A DNA stretch of 64,000 bases. Origin: Candidatus Dojkabacteria bacterium (lineage in GTDB: Bacteria; Patescibacteriota; Dojkabacteria; SC72). Every line of letters starts with the position of its first letter. Positions within the stretch are counted from its first letter, which is position 1. This document shows positions 58,597-64,000 of this stretch, in pieces. A model generated the notes under the pieces. The model had not been told where the DNA came from. It did not search any database and was given only the letters and a program-made list of their open reading frames with translations. The position numbers were made by a program, and so were the translations under genes. The stretch lies in contig JBMNHC010000001.1 in NCBI GenBank assembly GCA_050950165.1, positions 529,073 to 593,072 of the forward strand, written 5' to 3'.

Positions 58597-61212
58597 ATGA
58601 ATACAGCAGAGCTGACTCCAATGATGAGTCAATATATGAAATTCAAGAAGCAATATCCAGATAAGATTGTTCTTTTTAGGATGGGAGATTTTTTTGAAAC
58701 TTTTGGAGAAGATGCAAAGATAGCGTCTAAGGTATTAAATATTACACTTACTGCTAGAGATAAGAGTACTAATGCTGTAGCACTTGCTGGTTTCCCTCAC
58801 AAAGCGATAGATCAGTATCTTCCTAAACTAATATCTGCAGGATACTGTGTAGTAATTGTAGATCAGTTAGAAGACCCTAAGTTAGCAAAAGGTATTGTAA
58901 AGAGAGGAGTGACACGAATTGTTACACCAGGAACACTAGATGGAGAGAGTGCTTCTTCTGTAAAGAATAACTACCTACTCTCTTTTGTGGTAGAGAAAAA
59001 ACAACTAGGTATTGCTCTCTGTGATATATCTACAGGAGAGTTTATTTGGATGGAAGAGATATATACAAAGAAAAATATAGATTCTGTCCTCTCTTCATAT
59101 GAACCAGTAGAGATATTACTACTAGAGAATGAGAAAGAGCTCATTTTCCCTACTCTACCAGTACAGTTTTTACCTAAGTCATTACAGAACAAGAGATATA
59201 GTGCTGAGAAAATAAAGGAATTTTTTGAGATAAAGAATTTAGATTCACTAGGGCTTAAAGATGAAAATGTTGCTACAAGCTGTATAGCTATGATTCTAGA
59301 ATATATTGAAGATACTCAATTAATGAATCCTAAGCATATAGTTAAGCCTAAAAGAGAATCTCTTTCAGGTAAGATGATATTGGATAGTGCTACGATAAGG
59401 AACTTGGAGTTAGTTAGTAGTGCATACCATAGTAATATTGAGGGTTCACTTTTTTCAGTAATAGATTATACCTCTACTCTGATGGGAAGAAGACTTCTTT
59501 ACTCTTGGATACTTAATCCTTTAATTAGCAAAAAGGAGATAGAGGAGAGAAGTAATATTGTAGAGTTGTTGTTTTCTAAAGCAGATATATTAGATTCATT
59601 AAGAGAGAATCTTTCTAATATTAATGATATAGAAAGGATTGTTGGTAAGATAGGTTTAAATAGGGTAAACGGTAGAGACCTTAAAGCCTTGCAGGTATCT
59701 CTAGAGCATATCTCTAAGCTAAAGGAAAATATTAAAGATATTGAAGTAGTATTTAATAGATTAGAACCATTTAATACCCTCTTAGAGAAGTTAGTTAAGC
59801 GAATAGATGAGTGTGTTGTAGAGATGCCTCCTACTTCTATTACTGAAGGTGGAGTTATTAAAAGTTCATACAATAGCGAAGTTAAAGAACTAAGGCAGTT
59901 AACAGGAGATAGTAAGGGATGGATAAAGGAGTTTGAAGAGAGTGAGAAGAGTAAAACAGGAATACCTTCTTTGAAGATAGGGTTTAACAAAGTATTTGGA
60001 TATTACATAGAGATAACAAGAGTTCACCAAGAGAAGGTACCTAGTAGATATATACGAAAACAGACATTGGTAAATTCAGAAAGATATATTACAGAGGAGT
60101 TAAAAGAGAAAGAGAATATTATCTTAACTGCTCAAGAGAGATTATCCGAATTAGAGTATAGGCTGTTTTGTGAGTTTAGAGAATCATTAATAGAGTATCT
60201 TGGCTTGTTGCAATCTCTTGCAAAAGAGATAGCTTCTTTGGATGTATTAGTTGGGTTTGCATATCTTGCATATACAAAGGAATATTCTAAACCTGTAATA
60301 CATGATATTGGAGAGAAGAAAGGTATTATAAAGATTGAGAAAGGAAGACATCCTATTGTAGAGAGTTTAGTAGAACAGGAGTTTATCTCCAATGATACAC
60401 TCTTAGACTTTGATAACTGCTCTATGGCTATTCTTACTGGACCTAATATGTCTGGGAAATCTACATATATACGACAGGTAGCTAGTATTGTACTACTTGC
60501 TCAGATAGGGTGTTTTGTGCCTGCTAAGAGTATGGAGCTTTCTTTGGTAGATAGGATATTTACTAGAGTTGGAGCATCAGATGATCTTGCTCGTGGAAGA
60601 AGTACATTTATGGTAGAGATGGATGAAGCTGCAAATATTGTTAATAATGCTACTAAGTACAGTCTAGTTGTTCTCGATGAAGTTGGAAGAGGAACTAGTA
60701 CATATGATGGTGTAAGTATTGCATGGGCATTGGCAGAGTATCTGTTAAATGATGTTAAGGCAAGAACACTATTTGCTACCCACTATCACGAACTACTTCG
60801 TCTTTCAGAAAGAGTATCTAGTAAGGTAAAGAACTACAATGTTTTGGTAGAAGAAGACATTGATGAAGGAACAGTCATATTTCTAAGAAAGATAGTAGAA
60901 GGAGGAACAGACAGAAGCTATGGAATATATGTTGCTAAGATGGCTGGATTACCAGAGAAGCTCATTAAGAGAGCCAATGAGATTTTAGAGGGGTTTGAAC
61001 AGGAGAAGATGTTTAGTCAGAAGAGTAACCTTAGAGATAGTCAGATATTGGAGAGTAAACAAGTAGAGAATAGAAATGATAGTACATACCAATATCCTCT
61101 CTTCTTAGCTAAAGATTCAGAGATAGAGAAGGAGATACAGGATATAGATTTAGATAATTTAACACCACTGGAGGCTCTAAACAAGATATCCCAGTGGAAG
61201 AAAAAAGTTTAA
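58597..61212 (+). CDS. mutS: DNA mismatch repair protein MutS
   Basis: TPMMSQY, FRMGDFFETF, TGPNMSGKSTY, STFMVEM, DEVGRGTS and FATHY motifs. Confidence 0.97.
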   Translation: MNTAELTPMMSQYMKFKKQYPDKIVLFRMGDFFETFGEDAKIASKVLNITLTARDKSTNAVALAGFPHKAIDQYLPKLISAGYCVVIVDQLEDPKLAKGIVKRGVTRIVTPGTLDGESASSVKNNYLLSFVVEKKQLGIALCDISTGEFIWMEEIYTKKNIDSVLSSYEPVEILLLENEKELIFPTLPVQFLPKSLQNKRYSAEKIKEFFEIKNLDSLGLKDENVATSCIAMILEYIEDTQLMNPKHIVKPKRESLSGKMILDSATIRNLELVSSAYHSNIEGSLFSVIDYTSTLMGRRLLYSWILNPLISKKEIEERSNIVELLFSKADILDSLRENLSNINDIERIVGKIGLNRVNGRDLKALQVSLEHISKLKENIKDIEVVFNRLEPFNTLLEKLVKRIDECVVEMPPTSITEGGVIKSSYNSEVKELRQLTGDSKGWIKEFEESEKSKTGIPSLKIGFNKVFGYYIEITRVHQEKVPSRYIRKQTLVNSERYITEELKEKENIILTAQERLSELEYRLFCEFRESLIEYLGLLQSLAKEIASLDVLVGFAYLAYTKEYSKPVIHDIGEKKGIIKIEKGRHPIVESLVEQEFISNDTLLDFDNCSMAILTGPNMSGKSTYIRQVASIVLLAQIGCFVPAKSMELSLVDRIFTRVGASDDLARGRSTFMVEMDEAANIVNNATKYSLVVLDEVGRGTSTYDGVSIAWALAEYLLNDVKARTLFATHYHELLRLSERVSSKVKNYNVLVEEDIDEGTVIFLRKIVEGGTDRSYGIYVAKMAGLPEKLIKRANEILEGFEQEKMFSQKSNLRDSQILESKQVENRNDSTYQYPLFLAKDSEIEKEIQDIDLDNLTPLEALNKISQWKKKV

Positions 61213-61862
61213 TCAATGTAGTATCCACTTCTATATTTACTCCTTATAACGGTATGCCCAGTTATATATTTAATCTTTCTTTTAAGTCTAGATACTAGCA
61301 TTCTAAGAGCATCTTTTGTAACGGTAAGGGAGAAATGGTAATTGAATTTCTCATGACAGCAGTAGTCACCACAACCTATTAAGTATCTCATTAATTTCGA
61401 TTCTAGATGTGTAAGGGGAACTCTCTTTCCCTCTATGTATAGTTCGTGTAAGTTTGTGTTTAGATATATCCCCCTTTTAGAAAGAATTTCTACTGTTTCT
61501 TTCTTCTCTCTATTTAAAAGCTTCTTTATCTTACACTTTAAACATAGAGTCACTATATCCGCTTCCATAATGTAGTCATCTAACCCTATCTTTAAATATC
61601 TATCAATTAAAGTACTTCGAGTATCAAATATCCCGAGAGTTTGTATATCAGAGAAATGTTTCTTTATACATCTTAGAAATTTCAGAAATCTTGTACTACT
61701 TCCCTCTATATGAAGTAGTAAAATGTCTATTCTTTTTGTTCTGAGTAGAGCTAGTGTTTGTGCAATGGAATTGGTATGTAGGAATTTAATATCAGTTGGT
61801 AATCGTTCTGCTATTCTTCTTCTCCCAGAGATATTTTCTGCTAATAGAAGGAATTGCCGAAT
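61209..61862 (-). CDS. OmpR-like regulator: degenerate receiver plus winged-helix domain, probable ATT start
   Basis: The frame of ORF 61209-61568 stays open to 61871 (hand-translated: IRQFLLLAEN...IDILLLHI...GLDDYI). The C-terminus has LT..E..L..YL, VSRLKRK and SGY. Confidence 0.7.
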   Translation of the reverse strand: MRQFLLLAENISGRRRIAERLPTDIKFLHTNSIAQTLALLRTKRIDILLLHIEGSSTRFLKFLRCIKKHFSDIQTLGIFDTRSTLIDRYLKIGLDDYIMEADIVTLCLKCKIKKLLNREKKETVEILSKRGIYLNTNLHELYIEGKRVPLTHLESKLMRYLIGCGDYCCHEKFNYHFSLTVTKDALRMLVSRLKRKIKYITGHTVIRSKYRSGYYID

Positions 61863-61898
61863 AAGGGTATCTTAATAAAGTAAACAGTAGGAAGTGTA

Positions 61899-63191
61899 TT
61901 AAAGCCTTTTAATTCTGTCTATGATATCTTCTTTCTTAATTTCAAAAGACTCTTTATTCTTCATATCTTTTAATTGTACAATACCTTTTTTAACTTCTTC
62001 TTCTCCAATAACTATTACCCAAGGTATACTCTTTCTGTCTGCATATTTAAGCTGTTTGCCAAGTTTATTAGGTATTGTTTGAACTAATGTATTAATATTG
62101 TTCTCTCTTAGATATGTTGCTATCTCTTTACTCTCCTTAAGTAAATCTTTACTCATTAAGGTTATATATACATCTATCTCACTACTATACTTTGGTAAAA
62201 GATTGTTTGCTCTTAAATACTCCATAGTTGTTTTATCTCCCCATCCTAGACCAAATGCTTCTATCTTTTCTTTGCCAAAAATCTCAAGAAGAGAATCATA
62301 TCTTCCTCCACCAAATAGTGCTCTAGGGTTTTCTTTACTTCCTATATCGTACATCTCTATAACTATACCAGTGTAGTAATCTAATCCTCTCATTACATAC
62401 GGTGCAAATTTTACTTCTTTCCTATCTTCAAACTCTTTTAATATCTCTAATATCTGTTTAGCTCCACTACACTTAGATTCAATTTTTTCTAAATCAGTTA
62501 TACTCCAGTTAATATACTGTAGTACTTTTTCTTGTTCTTGGTTATCTAACCCTATCTCTGCAAGATATTCTATAAAGTCTTTTTTTGACATCTTAAGATA
62601 GTTATCTATTGCTTTAGCAAGAGTACTCTTCTTATCTTCAGTAAGTAAGAGAATTTCATCTGTAAAGTAGTTAAATAGCTCTCTACTGTTTATTCTTAGT
62701 TCATATGTGTTTTCGGAAGCTCTAAGCTCTTTCATAACTTCAAGAACAAAGGTAATTATCTCAATCTCTGGCTCTATTGGAGGTAATCCTAAGAGATCAA
62801 TATTAAGTTGAAAGAATTCTCTAGTTCTACCTTTTTGGGGTTTCTCGTATCTAAAAAACTTTCCAATATTAAACCATCTTAGTGGAAATATTAATTCATT
62901 TCTCTTAGCAGTAACCATTCTAGCTAAAGATGGAGTCATCTCTGGTCTAAGAGCTACTTCTCTTCCTGCCTTATCTGTAAAATTAAAGAGCTGTTTATTA
63001 GCAATATCTTCTCCAGATTTAGCCTTGTAAATTTCTACATCCTCTATTGTTGGAGTATCGTATTCTTCGTATCCAAATTTTTTTGCAACCTTAGTCCAGA
63101 TATTAAAGAGATAGTTTCTCTCTTGTATATCCTGAGGATACATATCTATTGTTCCTTTGTAAGGTTGTGTTGATATCTTTTGATTATTCAT
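61899..63191 (-). CDS. hisS: histidine--tRNA ligase
   Basis: LRPEMT, FRYEKPQKGRTREFFQ, RGLDYYTG and GGGRYD motifs. Confidence 0.97.
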   Translation of the reverse strand: MNNQKISTQPYKGTIDMYPQDIQERNYLFNIWTKVAKKFGYEEYDTPTIEDVEIYKAKSGEDIANKQLFNFTDKAGREVALRPEMTPSLARMVTAKRNELIFPLRWFNIGKFFRYEKPQKGRTREFFQLNIDLLGLPPIEPEIEIITFVLEVMKELRASENTYELRINSRELFNYFTDEILLLTEDKKSTLAKAIDNYLKMSKKDFIEYLAEIGLDNQEQEKVLQYINWSITDLEKIESKCSGAKQILEILKEFEDRKEVKFAPYVMRGLDYYTGIVIEMYDIGSKENPRALFGGGRYDSLLEIFGKEKIEAFGLGWGDKTTMEYLRANNLLPKYSSEIDVYITLMSKDLLKESKEIATYLRENNINTLVQTIPNKLGKQLKYADRKSIPWVIVIGEEEVKKGIVQLKDMKNKESFEIKKEDIIDRIKRL

Positions 63192-63322
63192 ACTCTCCCA
63201 TTATATATCATTCTCACTGTTGTGGTAAATATTTAAGTTTTTAAAAAGTGGTTGAATATTGTTTGTATATATAATATATTTAGATAGTAATATTACTCTA
63301 AATACTCTTAGTGAAATATACA

Positions 63323-64000
63323 ATGTCTATGTCTAAAAGAAGGACTCCTAGGCGAAGAAGTTTGAATAATCTTAACAGGATTAAGAAGTATAACAGTAGG
63401 AATATTAGAAGAAGAAGACCAAAGAGTGTTGGTGGGAGTTTTTTAAGTGGTAAGTTTGATAAAGCAAAGATGAAAAAGATTGCATATATTGCAGTAGGTA
63501 TTCTCTTTTTCATTGGGTGTATTGGTTTGATAGGGGCAGGTATATATCTTAAGAGTTTACAGAATTCTTTGCCTGCACCTGACAAATTAGTAGAGAGGAC
63601 ATCTGATCAGAGTACTCAGATTTTCGATAGGAATGGTCTTCTGCTTTATACAGTTTATGGTGATCAGAATAGAGAGTTTGTTTCTCTTGATAAGATACCG
63701 GAGCATACAAAATGGGCTCTTCTTGCTGCTGAGGATATAGAGTTTTATCAACATAAGGGGTTAGACTATTTAGGTATAGTTATGTCTGCAGTACAAAATC
63801 TAAAGTCTGGAAAGATTGTTAGGGGTGCTAGTACAGTTACTCAACAGTTAGTAAAAACAACTATTCTTTATGATGTCTTAGGTGATAAAGCATATGAACA
63901 GAAATATTCTAGAAAGATAAAGGAGATCCTTATCACGATGCAGGTGGAGCAGAGTTTTACTAAGGATGAGATTTTACAGATGTATATGAATGAGATTCCT
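63323..64000 (+). CDS. class A penicillin-binding protein (transglycosylase), truncated by the window end
   Basis: Hand translation gives a basic N-terminus, a TM, AAEDIEFYQHKGLD, GASTVTQQLVK and RKIKE (GT51 motifs). No stop codon before 64000. Confidence 0.9.
   Translation, partial: MSMSKRRTPRRRSLNNLNRIKKYNSRNIRRRRPKSVGGSFLSGKFDKAKMKKIAYIAVGILFFIGCIGLIGAGIYLKSLQNSLPAPDKLVERTSDQSTQIFDRNGLLLYTVYGDQNREFVSLDKIPEHTKWALLAAEDIEFYQHKGLDYLGIVMSAVQNLKSGKIVRGASTVTQQLVKTTILYDVLGDKAYEQKYSRKIKEILITMQVEQSFTKDEILQMYMNEIP

Noticed and set aside
63298-63585. Minus-strand 95-aa ORF
   Set aside because: It is an antisense shadow of the class A PBP gene, which the ORF track missed because it runs off the window.
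1-64000. Alternative genetic code (TGA recoding as in Gracilibacteria/Absconditabacteria)
   Set aside because: Conserved genes translate full length under code 11, and TGA serves as a stop (e.g. the pilD and PilV-like genes).

Overview
A low-GC (about 30% by eye), gene-dense chromosomal segment read with the standard genetic code. Gene content suggests a Patescibacteria/CPR organism, possibly Dojkabacteria-like (inference): a type IV pilus locus without pilQ, sortases, FemAB, VanY, a trigger factor lacking its PPIase domain, and apparently leaderless genes. From left to right: a high-GC orphan gene; a glycosylation/sortase/VanY envelope cluster; a 1545-aa protein with about 36 tandem 27/28-aa repeats; gyrA, gyrB and holB; femAB; a ~20-kb type IV pilus locus (pilB, pilT, pilC, six pilin-like genes, pilD, a receiver protein, two paralogous Cys-rich giant proteins, pilMNO); khpA-rpsP-rnc-nusB-rpmF; a membrane-anchored Clp-type ATPase with a small membrane partner; dus; an accessory block at tRNA-Val(GAC); clpP and tig; a second sortase with a candidate substrate; YibE/F; AI-2E; a degenerate PEP synthase homolog; mutS; an OmpR-like regulator with a probable ATT start; hisS; and a truncated class A PBP. 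The best candidates for new biology are (1) the repeat-shuffling solenoid protein at 8673-13310, (2) a sortase with a 78-aa mini-substrate next to glycosyltransferases, (3) the Cys-rich paralog pair in the pilus locus, (4) the membrane Clp ATPase lacking pore-loop and IGF motifs, and (5) the PpsA homolog with His replaced by Asp. No CRISPR array, integrase, transposase or reverse transcriptase was seen. All calls come from motif recognition by eye; no searches were run.
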